Assembly (NCBI RefSeq): GCF_009914755.1
Contig: NC_060948.1
DNA: 64,000 nucleotides
Strand: one strand, 5' to 3'
Source of the DNA: the human T2T-CHM13v2.0 reference genome, Homo sapiens
Positions 42,701 to 56,958 of the stretch are shown one piece after another (positions within the stretch are counted from its first letter, which is position 1; each line of letters begins with the position of its first letter). The translations under genes and the position numbers were made by a program. The notes beneath the pieces were generated by a model. That model was not told the origin of the DNA. It saw only the letters and a list, made by a program, of their open reading frames with translations, and did no database searches.

Positions 42701-45700
42701 CGGAATGGAATGAATTGGAACGGAATGGACTCGAATGGAATGGAATGTCATGGGATGGCATCAAATGGAATGGCATCAAATGGAATGGAATCGAATGCAA
42801 TGGAATGCTATGGAATGGAATGGAATGCATTGGAATGGAATGTCCTCTAATGGAATGGATTCGAGTGGAATGGAATTGAATATAATGGAGTCGAATGAAA
42901 TGGAATTGAAAGGAATGGGATCGAATACAATGGAATATACTGGAATGTAACGTAATGAACTCGAATGTAATTGACTGGAATGGAATGTACATGAATGGAA
43001 TGTAATCGAATGGAAAGTAATCCAAAGGTATAGAATCTAATGCAATAAAATCGACTCAGATAGAGTAGAATGTAATGGAATGGAGTGCAGTGCAATGGAA
43101 TGGAATGGAATGGAATGCAATGGAATGGAATGGAATGGAATGGAATGGAATGGGATGGAATGGTGTGGAATGGATAGTAATGGACTGGAGTGAAATGGAC
43201 TGGAAAGGAATGGACTCAAATTGAAAGGTCTCGAAAGGAATGGATTCAAATGGAATGGTCTGGAATGGAATGAACACGAATGTAATGCAACCCAATAGAA
43301 TGGAATCGAATGGCATGGAATAGAAAGAAATGGAATCGAAGAGAATGGAAACAAATGGAATGGAATTGAATGGAATGGAATTGAATGGAATGGGAACGAA
43401 TGGAGTGAAATTGTATGCAGTAGAAGAGAATAGAATGGAATGCAAGCGAAAGGAAAGGAATGGATTGGAATGGAATGGAATTCATTGGAATGGAAGGGAA
43501 TGTAGTGTAATGGACAGGCCTGGAATAAAGTGGAATGCTACGGTCTCGAATGGAATAAAAATGTATGGAATGGAATGCAATGAAACGGAATCGAATGTCA
43601 TAGAATGTAATGGAATGCAACAAAATGGAATCCAAAATCATTGACTGGAAAGGCTGGGTGTCGAAAGGAATTGACTCCAATGGAATGGAATCGAATGGAA
43701 TGGAAGTGAATAGAATCGAACTAAATCGAATGGAATGGAATTGATAGGAACGGAATGGAAAGGAATGCAATGATTTGGCATGGAATGGAATCGAATGGCA
43801 TCGAATGGAATGGAATGGAATGCAATGGAATGGAATGTATTAGAATGTAATGAACTTTAATGGAATGTACTCGAATGGATTCGACTGGAATGGAATGTTC
43901 TGGAAGTGAATGGACTCCAATGGAATGGATTCAAAAGGAATGGAATCGTACGGAATGGAATCTAATGGAATGCAATTAAATGGAAATGAATCAAATTGAA
44001 TAGCACGGAATTGAATTGAATGGAATGGAATGCAATGGAATCTAATGAAACGGAAAGGAAAGGAATGGAATGGAATGGAATGGGCTGGAATGGAAAGGAA
44101 TCGAAACGAATGGAATGGAATCGAACTGAAGAGACTGGAATGGAATGCACTGGAATGGAAGGGAGTGTAATGGAAGGTTCTCGAAAAAAATGGAATCGAA
44201 TGGAATGCAATTGAATGGAACGGAATAGATTCGAATGGAATTGAATGGAATGGAATGGACTAGAGTGAAATGGAATCGAACCACAAGGAATGGACAGGAA
44301 TAGAATGGTCTCGAATTGAATGGAATCGTATGGAATGGCATCAAACGGAATGGAATGGACAGCCACGGAATGGAATGCACTCGAATGCAATGGAGTCGAA
44401 ACTAACGGACTGGAATAGAATGGACTCGATTGGTACGGACTCCAATGGAATGGAATCGAATGGAAGGGAATCGAACGGAAGGGAATCGAACGGAATGGAC
44501 TCGAAGGGAAAAGACTGCAATGGAAAGGTCTCGAATGGAATGGAAATTAATGGAATGGAATGGAATCGAATGAAATGGAGTCAAAAGGAATGGAATCGAA
44601 TGGCAAGAAATCGAATGTAATGGAATCGCAAGGAATTGATGTGAACGGAACGGAATGGAATGGAATCCAAAGGAATGGAATAGAATGCAATGGAATCGAA
44701 TGGAAAGGACTCGAATGGAAATCACTCGAATAGAATGCAACTTAATAAAATAGGATCAAATGTAATGGAATGGAATGGAAAGGAATCGAAACGAAAGGAA
44801 TGGAGACAGATGGAATGGAATGGAACAGAGAGCAATGGTATAGAATGGAATGGAATCATCTGGAATGGAATTGAATGGAATGGAATGATATGAAATGGAA
44901 TGGAATGGAATGGAATGGAATGCCCTTGAATTAAATGGACTGGACTCGAACAGAGTGGAATGGAAAGTGTGGAGATAGAATGGAATGAACTCCTTTGGAA
45001 TGGTCTAGTAGGCAATGCAATCGACTGGCAGGGAATCAAAAGGAATGTAATCGAATGGATTGGACTGGAATGCAATGGACTCGAATAGATTGGAAACGGA
45101 ATGCAAAGAATGGAATGGAATAGTATGGAATGGAATGGAAAGGAATGGAGTGGAATAGACTAGAGTGGAATGGAATGGACTGGAAAGCAATGGACTGGAA
45201 TGGAACTTTCTTGAATGGACTGGAATCAAACGGAATGGAATGCAATGCAATCAAATGGCATGGAATAAAATAGAATGAAAGAGAATCAAATGGAATTGAA
45301 TCGAATGGAATCGAATGGATTGGAAAGGAATAGAATGGAATGGAATGGAATTGACTCAAATGGAATGGACTAGAATGGAATGGATTCGAATGGAAGGCAA
45401 AGGAATGGAATCTATTGGAATGGACTGTAATGGAATGGAATGGAAGGGATTGGAATGGACTCGAATGGAATGGACTGCAATAGAAAGGATTCGAATGGAA
45501 TGAAAAAGAATTGAATGGAATAAAACAGAATGGAATCAAATCGAATGAAATGGAATGGAATAGAAAGGAATGGAATGAAATGGAATGGAAAGGATTCGAA
45601 TGGAATGCAATCGAATGGAATGGAATCGAACGGAATGGAATAAAATGGAAGAAAACTGGCAAGAAATGGAATCGAAATGAATGGAGTGTTATGGAACGGA

Positions 45701-46258
45701 CTCAAAAGGAATTGAATGTAATAGATTGGAGTGGAGTGGACTCGAATATAATGGACTGGAATGGAATGAAATCACATGCAATGGGAACGAATGGAATGGA
45801 ATGGAAAGGAATGGAATCGAATGGAAAGGAATCGAATGGAAGGGAATGAAATTGAATCAACAGGAATGGAAGGGAATAGAATAGACGGTAATGGAATGGA
45901 CTCAAATAGAATGGACACGAATGCTCAAATTGAATGGACTCGAATGGAATGGAAACGAAAGGAATGTCATCGAATGGAATTGAATCGATTGGAATGAAAT
46001 CGCATAGAATGGAGTGGAATCAAATGGAATTGAATCGAAAGGAAAGGAAGCGAATGGACTGAAATGAAATGGAATGGAATTGAATGGAAAGTAATGCAAT
46101 GGAATAGAATGGAACGAAATTTCACGGAATGGAATCAAACTGAATGGAATCAAATCAATGGAATCAAATCAAATGGAATGGAAAGGAATTGAATGGAGTA
46201 GATGGGATTGGATGGGATTGGAATGAAATGTACTGGAAAGGACTCGAATTTCATGAAA
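42701..46258 (+). repeat. Higher-order unit 13 (3558 bp)
   Basis: (TGGAA)6 and 15-bp duplication; tail markers gaataaaacag and gactcaaatag as in unit 7. Confidence 0.95.
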
Positions 46259-49200
46259 CGGAATGGAATGAATTGGAACGGAATGGACTCGAATGGAATG
46301 GAATGTCATGGGATGGCATCAAATGGAATGGCATCAAATGGAATGGAATCGAATGCAATGGAATGCTATGGAATGGAATGGAATGCATTGGAATGGAATG
46401 TCCTCTAATGGAATGGATTCGAGTGGAATGGAATTGAATATAATGGAGTCGAATGAAATGGAATTGAAAGGAATGGGATCGAATACAATGGAATATACTG
46501 GAATGTAACGTAATGAACTCGAATGTAATTGACTGGAATGGAATGTACATGAATGGAATGTAATCGAATGGAAAGTAATCCAATGGAATAGAATCTAATG
46601 CAATAAAATCGACTCAGATAGAGTAGAATGTAATGGAATGGAGTGCAGTGCAATGGAATGGAATGGAATGGAATGCAATGGAATGGAATGGAATGGAATG
46701 GAATGGAATGGAATGGAATGGAATGGAATGGGATGGAATGGTATGGAATGGATAGTAATGGACTGGAGTGAAATGGACTGGAAAGGAATGGACTCAAATT
46801 GAAAGGGCTCGAAAGGAATGGAGTCAAATGGAATGGTCTGGAATGGAATGAACACGAATGTAATGCAACCCAATAGAATGGAATCGAATGGCATGGAATA
46901 GAAAGAAATGGAATCGAAGAGAATGGAAACAAATGGAATGGAATTGAATGGAATGGGAACGAATGGAGTGAAATTGTATGCAGTAGAAGAGAATAGAATG
47001 GAATGCAAGCGAAAGGAAAGGAATGGATTGGAATGGAATGGAATTCATTGGAATGGAAGGGAATGTAGTGTAATGGACAGGCCTGGAATAAAGTGGAATG
47101 CTACGGTCTCGAATGGAATAAAAATGTATGGAATGGAATGCAATGAAACGGAATCGAATGTCATAGAATGTAATGGAATGCAAAAAAATGGAATCCAAAA
47201 TCATTGACTGGAAAGGCTGGGTGTCGAAAGGAATTGACTCCAATGGAATGGAATCGAATGGAATGGAAGTGAATAGAATCGAACTAAATCGAATGGAATG
47301 GAATTGATAGGAACGGAATGGAAAGGAATGCAATGATTTGGCATGGAATGGAATCGAATGGCATCGAATGGAATGGAATGGAATGCAATGGAATGGAATG
47401 TATTAGAATGTAATGAACTTTAATGGAATGTACTCGAATGGATTCGACTGGAATGGAATGTTCTGGAAGTGAATGGACTCCAATGGAATGGATTCAAAAG
47501 GAATGGAATCGTACGGAATGGAATCTAATGGAATGCAATTAAATGGAAATGAATCAAATTGAATAGCACGGAATTGAATTGAATGGAATGGAATGCAATG
47601 GAATCTAATGAAACGGAAAGGAAAGGAATGGAATGGAATGGAATGGTCTGGAATGGAAAGGAATCGAAACGAATGGAATGGAATCGAACTGAAGAGACTG
47701 GAATGGAATGCACTGGAATGGAAGGGAGTGTAATGGAAGGTTCTCGAAAAAAATGGAATCGAATGGAATGCAATTGAATGGAACGGAATAGAGTCGAATG
47801 GAATTGAATGGAATGGAATGGACTAGAGTGAAATGGAATCGAACCACAAGGAATGGACAGGAATAGAATGGTCTCGAATTGAATGGAATCGTATGGAATG
47901 GCATCAAACGGAATGGAATGGACAGCCACGGAATGGAATGCACTCGAATGCAATGGAGACGAAACTAACGGACTGGAATAGAATGGACTCGACTGGTACG
48001 GACTCCAATGGAATGGAATCGAATGGAAGGGAATCGAACGGAAGGGAATCGAACGGAATGGACTCGAAGGGAAAAGACTGCAATGGAAAGGTCTCGAATG
48101 GAATGGAAATTAATGGAATGGAATGGAATCGAATGAAATGGAGTCAAAAGGAATGGAATCGAATGGCAAGAAATCGAATGTAATGGAATCGCAAGGAATT
48201 GATGTGAACGGAACGGAATGGAATGGAATCCAAAGGAATGGAATAGAATGGAATGGAATCGAATGGAAAGGACTCGAATGGAAATCACTCGAATAGAATG
48301 CAATTTAATAAAATAGGATCAAATGTAATGGAATGGAATGGAAAGGAATCGAAAGGAAAGGAATGGAGACAGATGGAATGGAATGGAACCGAGAGCAATG
48401 GTATAGAATGGAATGGAATCATCTGGAATGGAATTGAATGGAATGGAATGATATGAAATGGAATGGAATGGAATGGAATGGAATGCCCTTGAATTAAATG
48501 GACTGGACTCGAACAGAGTGGAATGGAAAGTGTGGAGATAGAATGGAATGAACTCATTTGGAATGGTCTAGTAGGCAATGCAATCGACTGGCAGGGAATC
48601 AAAAGGAATGTAATCGAATGGATTGGACTGGAATGCAATGGACTCGAATAGATTGGAAACGGAATGCAAAGAATGGAATGGAATAGTATGGAATGGAATG
48701 GAAAGGAATGGAGTGGAATAGACTAGAGTGGAATGGAATGGACTGGAAAGCAATGGACTGGAATGGAACTTTCTTGAATGGACTGGAATCAAACGGAATG
48801 GAATGCAATGCAATCAAATGGCATGGAATAAAATAGAATGAAAGAGAATCAAATGGAATTGAATCGAATGGAATCGAATGGATTGGAAAGAAATAGAATG
48901 GAATGGAATGGAATTGACTCAAATGGAATGGACTAGAATGGAATGGATTCGAATGGAAGGCAAAGGAATGGAATCTATTGGAATGGACTGTAATGGAATG
49001 GAATGGAAGGGATTGGAATGGACTCGAATGGAATGGACTGCAATAGAAAGGATTCGAATGGAATGAAAAAGAATTGAATGGAATAGAACAGAATGGAATC
49101 AAATCGAATGAAATGGAATGGAATAGAAAGGAATGGAATGAAATGGAATGGAAAGGATTCGAATGGAATGCAATCGAATGGAATGGAATCGAACGGAATG

Positions 49201-49821
49201 GAATAAAATGGAAGAAAACTGGCAAGAAATGGAATCGAAATGAATGGAGTGTTATGGAACGGACTCAAAAGGAATTGAATGTAATAGAATGGAGTGGAGT
49301 GGACTCGAATATAATGGACTGGAATGGAATGAAATCACATGGAATGGGAACGAATGGAATGGAATGGAAAGGAATGGAATCGAATGGAAAGGAATCGAAT
49401 GGAAGGGAATGAAATTGAATCAACAGGAATGGAAGGGAATAGAATAGACGGTAATGGAATGGACTCGAATAGAATGGACACGAATGCTCAAATTGAATGG
49501 ACTCGAATGGAATGGAAACGAAAGGAATGTCATCGAATGGAATTGAATCGATTGGAATGAAATCGCATAGAATGGAGTGGAATCAAATGGAATTGAATCG
49601 AAAGGAAAGGAAGCGAATGGACTGAAATGAAATGGAATGGAATTGAATGGAAAGTAATGCAATGGAATAGAATGGAACGAAATTTCACGGAATGGAATCA
49701 AACTGAATGGAATCAAATCAATGGAATCAAATCAAATGGAATGGAAAGGAATTGAATGGAGTAGATGGGATTGGATGGGATTGGAATGAAATGTACTGGA
49801 AAGGACTCGAATTTCATGAAA
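46259..49821 (+). repeat. Higher-order unit 14 (3563 bp)
   Basis: (TGGAA)10; markers ggagacgaaac, gaaccgagag, aactcatttg. Confidence 0.95.
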
Positions 49822-52800
49822 CGGAATGGAATGAATTGGAACGGAATGGACTCGAATGGAATGGAATGTCATGGGATGGCATCAAATGGAATGGCATCAA
49901 ATGGAATGGAATCGAATGCAATGGAATGCTATGGAATGGAAAGGAATGCATTGGAATGGAATGTCCTCTAATGGAATGGATTCGAGTGGAATGGAATTGA
50001 ATATAATGGAGTCGAATGAAATGGAATTGAAAGGAATGGGATCGAATACAATGGAATATACTGGAATGTAACGTAATGAACTCGAATGTAATTGACTGGA
50101 ATGGAATGTACATGAATGGAATGTAATCGAATGGAAAGTAATCCGATGGAATAGAATCTAATGCAATAAAATCGACTCAGATAGAGTAGAATGTAATGGA
50201 ATGGAGTGCAGTGCAATGGAATGGAATGGAATGGAATGCAATGGAATGGAATGGAATGGAATGGAATGGAATGGAATGGAATGGAATGGAATGGGATGGA
50301 ATGGTATGGAATGGATAGTAATGGACTGGAGTGAAATGGACTGGAAAGGAATGGACTCAAATTGAAAGGGCTCGAAAGGAATGGAGTCAAATGGAATGGT
50401 CTGGAATGGAATGAACACGAATGTAATGCAACCCAATAGAATGGAATCGAATGGCATGGAATAGAAAGAAATGGAATCGAAGAGAATGGAAACAAATGGA
50501 ATGGAATTGAATGGAATGGGAACGAATGGAGTGAAATTGTATGCAGTAGAAGAGAATAGAATGGAATGCAAGCGAAAGGAAAGGAATGGATTGGAATGGA
50601 ATGGAATTCATTGGAATGGAAGGGAATGTAGTGTAATGGACAGGCCTGGAATAAAGTGGAATGCTACGGTCTCGAATGGAATAAAAATGTATGGAATGGA
50701 ATGCAATGAAACGGAATCGAATGTCATAGAATGTAATGGAATGCAAAAAAATGGAATCCAAAATCATTGACTGGAAAGGCTGGGTGTCGAAAGGAATTGA
50801 CTCCAATGGAATGGAATCGAATGGAATGGAAGTGAATAGAATCGAACTAAATCGAATGGAATGGAATTGATAGGAACGGAATGGAAAGGAATGCAATGAT
50901 TTGGCATGGAATGGAATCGAATGGCATCGAATGGAATGGAATGGAATGCAATGGAATGGAATGTATTAGAATGTAATGAACTTTAATGGAATGTACTCGA
51001 ATGGATTCGACTGGAATGGAATGTTCTGGAAGTGAATGGACTCCAATGGAATGGATTCAAAAGGAATGGAATCGTACGGAATGGAATCTAATGGAATGCA
51101 ATTAAATGGAAATGAATCAAATTGAATAGCACGGAATTGAATTGAATGGAATGGAATGCAATGGAATCTAATGAAACGGAAAGGAAAGGAATGGAATGGA
51201 ATGGAATGGTCTGGAATGGAAAGGAATCGAAACGAATGGAATGGAATCGAACTGAAGAGACTGGAATGGAATGCACTGGAATGGAAGGGAGTGTAATGGA
51301 AGGTTCTCGAAAAAAATGGAATCGAATGGAATGCAATTGAATGGAACGGAATAGAGTCGAATGGAATTGAATGGAATGGAATGGACTAGAGTGAAATGGA
51401 ATCGAACCACAAGGAATGGACAGGAATAGAATGGTCTCGAATTGAATGGAATCGTATGGAATGGCATCAAACGGAATGGAATGGACAGCCACGGAATGGA
51501 ATGCACTCGAATGCAATGGAGACGAAACTAACGGACTGGAATAGAATGGACTCGACTGGTACGGACTCCAATGGAATGGAATCGAATGGAAGGGAATCGA
51601 ACGGAAGGGAATCGAACGGAATGGACTCGAAGGGAAAAGACTGCAATGGAAAGGTCTCGAATGGAATGGAAATTAATGGAATGGAATGGAATCGAATGAA
51701 ATGGAGTCAAAAGGAATGGAATCGAATGGCAAGAAATCGAATGTAATGGAATCGCAAGGAATTGATGTGAACGGAACGGAATGGAATGGAATCCAAAGGA
51801 ATGGAATAGAATGGAATGGAATCGAATGGAAAGGACTCGAATGGAAATCACTCGAATAGAATGCAATTTAATAAAATAGGATCAAATGTAATGGAATGGA
51901 ATGGAAAGGAATCGAAAGGAAAGGAATGGAGACAGATGGAATGGAATGGAACCGAGAGCAATGGTATAGAATGGAATGGAATCATCTGGAATGGAATTGA
52001 ATGGAATGGAATGATATGAAATGGAATGGAATGGAATGGAATGGAATGCCCTTGAATTAAATGGACTGGACTCGAACAGAGTGGAATGGAAAGTGTGGAG
52101 ATAGAATGGAATGAACTCATTTGGAATGGTCTAGTAGGCAATGCAATCGACTGGCAGGGAATCAAAAGGAATGTAATCGAATGGATTGGACTGGAATGCA
52201 ATGGACTCGAATAGATTGGAAACGGAATGCAAAGAATGGAATGGAATAGTATGGAATGGAATGGAAAGGAATGGAGTGGAATAGACTAGAGTGGAATGGA
52301 ATGGACTGGAAAGCAATGGACTGGAATGGAACTTTCTTGAATGGACTGGAATCAAACGGAATGGAATGCAATGCAATCAAATGGCATGGAATAAAATAGA
52401 ATGAAAGAGAATCAAATGGAATTGAATCGAATGGAATCGAATGGATTGGAAAGAAATAGAATGGAATGGAATGGAATTGACTCAAATGGAATGGACTAGA
52501 ATGGAATGGATTCGAATGGAAGGCAAAGGAATGGAATCTATTGGAATGGACTGTAATGGAATGGAATGGAAGGGATTGGAATGGACTCGAATGGAATGGA
52601 CTGCAATAGAAAGGATTCGAATGGAATGAAAAAGAATTGAATGGAATAGAACAGAATGGAATCAAATCGAATGAAATGGAATGGAATAGAAAGGAATGGA
52701 ATGAAATGGAATGGAAAGGATTCGAATGGAATGCAATCGAATGGAATGGAATCGAACGGAATGGAATAAAATGGAAGAAAACTGGCAAGAAATGGAATCG

Positions 52801-53384
52801 AAATGAATGGAGTGTTATGGAACGGACTCAAAAGGAATTGAATGTAATAGAATGGAGTGGAGTGGACTCGAATATAATGGACTGGAATGGAATGAAATCA
52901 CATGGAATGGGAACGAATGGAATGGAATGGAAAGGAATGGAATCGAATGGAAAGGAATCGAATGGAAGGGAATGAAACTGAATCAACAGGAATGGAAGGG
53001 AATAGAATAGACGGTAATGGAATGGACTCGAATAGAATGGACACGAATGCTCAAATTGAATGGACTCGAATGGAATGGAAACGAAAGGAATGTCATCGAA
53101 TGGAATTGAATCGATTGGAATGAAATCGCATAGAATGGAGTGGAATCAAATGGAATTGAATCGAAAGGAAAGGAAGCGAATGGACTGAAATGAAATGGAA
53201 TGGAATTGAATGGAAAGTAATGCAATGGAATAGAATGGAACGAAATTTCACGGAATGGAATCAAACTGAATGGAATCAAATCAATGGAATCAAATCAAAT
53301 GGAATGGAAAGGAATTGAATGGAGTAGATGGGATTGGATGGGATTGGAATGAAATGTACTGGAAAGGACTCGAATTTCATGAAA
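49822..53384 (+). repeat. Higher-order unit 15 (3563 bp)
   Basis: (TGGAA)10; same private markers as unit 14; aatccgatgg at 50145. Confidence 0.95.
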
Positions 53385-56300
53385 CGGAATGGAATGAATT
53401 GGAACGGAATGGACTCGAATGGAATGGAATGTCATGGGATGGCATCAAATGGAATGGCATCAAATGGAATGGAATCGAATGCAATGGAATGCTATGGAAT
53501 GGAATGGAATGCATTGGAATGGAATGTCCTCTAATGGAATGGATTCGAGTGGAATGGAATTGAATATAATGGAGTCGAATGAAATGGAATTGAAAGGAAT
53601 GGGATCGAATACAATGGAATATACTGGAATGTAACGTAATGAACTCGAATGTAATTGACTGGAATGGAATGTACATGAATGGAATGTAATCGAATGGAAA
53701 GTAATCCGATGGAATAGAATCTAATGCAATAAAATCGACTCAGATAGAGTAGAATGTAATGGAATGGAGTGCAGTGCAATGGAATGGAATGGAATGGAAT
53801 GCAATGGAATGGAATGGAATGGAATGGAATGGAATGGAATGGAATGGAATGGAATGGGATGGAATGGTATGGAATGGATAGTAATGGACTGGAGTGAAAT
53901 GGACTGGAAAGGAATGGACTCAAATTGAAAGGGCTCGAAAGGAATGGAGTCAAATGGAATGGTCTGGAATGGAATGAACACGAATGTAATGCAACCCAAT
54001 AGAATGGAATCGAATGGCATGGAATATAAAGAAATGGAATCGAAGAGAATGGAAACAAATGGAATGGAATTGAATGGAATGGGAACGAATGGAGTGAAAT
54101 TGTATGCAGTAGAAGAGAATAGAATGGAATGCAAGCGAAAGGAAAGGAATGGATTGGAATGGAATGGAATTCATTGGAATGGAAGGGAATGTAGTGTAAT
54201 GGACAGGCCTGGAATAAAGTGGAATGCTACGGTCTCGAATGGAATAAAAATGTATGGAATGGAATGCAATGAAACGGAATCGAATGTCATAGAATGTAAT
54301 GGAATGCAAAAAAAGGGAATCCAAAATCATTGACTGGAAAGGCTGGGTGTCGAAAGGAATTGACTCCAATGGAATGGAATCGAATGGAATGGAAGTGAAT
54401 AGAATCGAACTAAATCGAATGGAATGGAATTGATAGGAACGGAATGGAAAGGAATGCAATGATTTGGCATGGAATGGAATCGAATGGCATCGAATGGAAT
54501 GGAATGGAATGCAATGGAATGGAATGTATTAGAATGTAATGAACTTTAATGGAATGTACTCGAATGGATTCGACTGGAATGGAATGTTCTGGAAGTGAAT
54601 GGACTCCAATGGAATGGATTCAAAAGGAATGGAATCGTACGGAATGGAATCTAATGGAATGGAATTAAATGGAAATGAATCAAATTGAATAGCACGGAAT
54701 TGAATTGAATGGAATGGAATGCAATGGAATCTAATGAAACGGAAAGGAAAGGAATGGAATGGAATGGAATGGGCTGGAATGGAAAGGAATCGAAACGAAT
54801 GGAATGGAATCGAAGTGAAGAGACTGGAATGGAATGCACTGGAATGGAAGGGAGTGTAATGGAAGGTTCTCGAAAAAAATGGAATCGAATGGAATGGAAT
54901 TGAATGGAACGGAATAGAGTCGAATGGAATTGAATGGAATGGAATGGACTAGAGTGAAATGGAATCGAACCACAAGGAATGGACAGGAATAGAATGGTCT
55001 CGAATTGAATGGAATCGTATGGAATGGCATCAAACGGAATGGAATGGACAGCCACGGAATGGAATGCACTCGAATGCAATGGAGTCGAAACTAACGGACT
55101 GGAATAGAATGGACTCGACTGGTACGGACTCTAATGGAATGGAATCGAATGGAAGGGAATCGAACGGAAGGGAATCGAACGAAATGGACTCGAAGGGAAA
55201 AGACTGCAATGGAAAGGCCTCGAATGGAATGGAAATTAATGGAATGGAATGGAATCGAATGAAATGGAGTCAAAAGGAATGGAATCGAATGGCAAGAAAT
55301 CGAATGTAATGGAATCGCAAGGAATTGATGTGAACGGAACGGAATGGAATGGAATCCAAAGGAATGGAATAGAATGGAATGGAATCGAATGGAAAGGACT
55401 CGAATGGAAATCACTCGAATAGAATGCAATTTAATAAAATAGGATCAAATGTAATGGAATGGAATGGAAAGGAATAGAAACGAAAGGAATGGAGACAGAT
55501 GGAATGGAATAGAACAGAGAGCAATGGTATAGAATGGAATGGAATCATCTGGAATGGAATTGAATGGAATGGAATAATATGAAATGGAATGGAATGGAAT
55601 GGAATGGAATGCCCTTGAATTAAAAGGACTGGAATGGAATGGACTCGAACAGAGTGGAATGGAAAGTGTTGAGATAGAATGGAATGGACTCCTTTGGAAT
55701 GGTCTAGTATGCAATGCAATCGACTGGCAGGGAATCAAAAGGAATGGAATGGAATGGATTGGACTGGAATCCAATGGACTCGAATAGATTGGAAACGGAA
55801 TGCAAAGGAATGGAATGGAATAGTATGGAATGGAATGGAAAGGAATGGAGTGGAATAGACTAGAGTGGAAAGGAATGGACTGGAAAGCAATGGACTGGAA
55901 TGGAACTTTGTTGAATGGACTGGAATCAAACGGAATGGAATGCAATGCAATCAAATGGCATGGAATAAAATAGAATGAAAGAGAATCAAATGGAATTGAA
56001 TCGAATGGAATCGAATGGATTGGAAAGGAATAGAATGGAATGGAATGGAATTGACTCAAATGGAATGGACTAGAATGGAATGGATTCGAATGGAAGGCAA
56101 AGGAATGGAATCTATTGGAATGGACTGTAATGGAATGGAATGGAAGGGATTGGAATGGACTCGAATGGAATGGACTGCAATAGAAAGGATTCGAATGGAA
56201 TGAAAAAGAATTGAATGGAATAGAACAGAATGGAATCAAATCGAATGAAATGGAATGGAATAGAAAGGAATGGAATGAAATGGAATGGAAAGGATTCGAA

Positions 56301-56958
56301 TGGAATGCAATCGAATGGAATGGAATCGAACGGCATGGAATAAAATGGAAGAAAACTGGCAAGAAATGGAATCGAAATGAATGGAGTGTTATGGAACGGA
56401 CTCAAAAGGAATTGAATGTAATAGAATGGAGTGGAGTGGACTCGAATATAATGGACTGGAATGGAATGAAATCACATGGAATGGGAACGAATGGAATGGA
56501 ATGGAAAGGAATGGAATCGAATGGAAAGGAATCGAATGGAAGGGAATGAAATTGAATCAACAGGAATGGGAGGGAATAGAATAGACTGTAATGGAATGGA
56601 CTCGAATAGAATGGACACGAATGCTCAAATTAAATGGACTCGAATGGAATGGAAACGAAAGGAATGTCATCGAATGGAATTGAATCGATTGGAATGAAAT
56701 CGCATAGAATGGAGTGGAATCAAATGGAATTGAATCGAAAGGAAAGGAAGCGAATGGACTGAAATGAAATGGAATGGAATTGAATGGAAAGTAATGCAAT
56801 GGAATAGAGTGGAACGAAATTTCACGGAATGGAATCAAAGTGAATGGAGTCAAATCAATGGAATCAAATCAAATGGAATGGAAAGGAATTGAATGGAGTA
56901 GATGGGATTGGATGGGATTGGAATGAAATGTACTGGAAAGGACTCGAATTTCATGAAA
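53385..56958 (+). repeat. Higher-order unit 16 (3574 bp), transition unit
   Basis: (TGGAA)10; extra GGCC at 55216; +1 G at 55807-55808; many new variants after ~54 kb. Confidence 0.95.
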
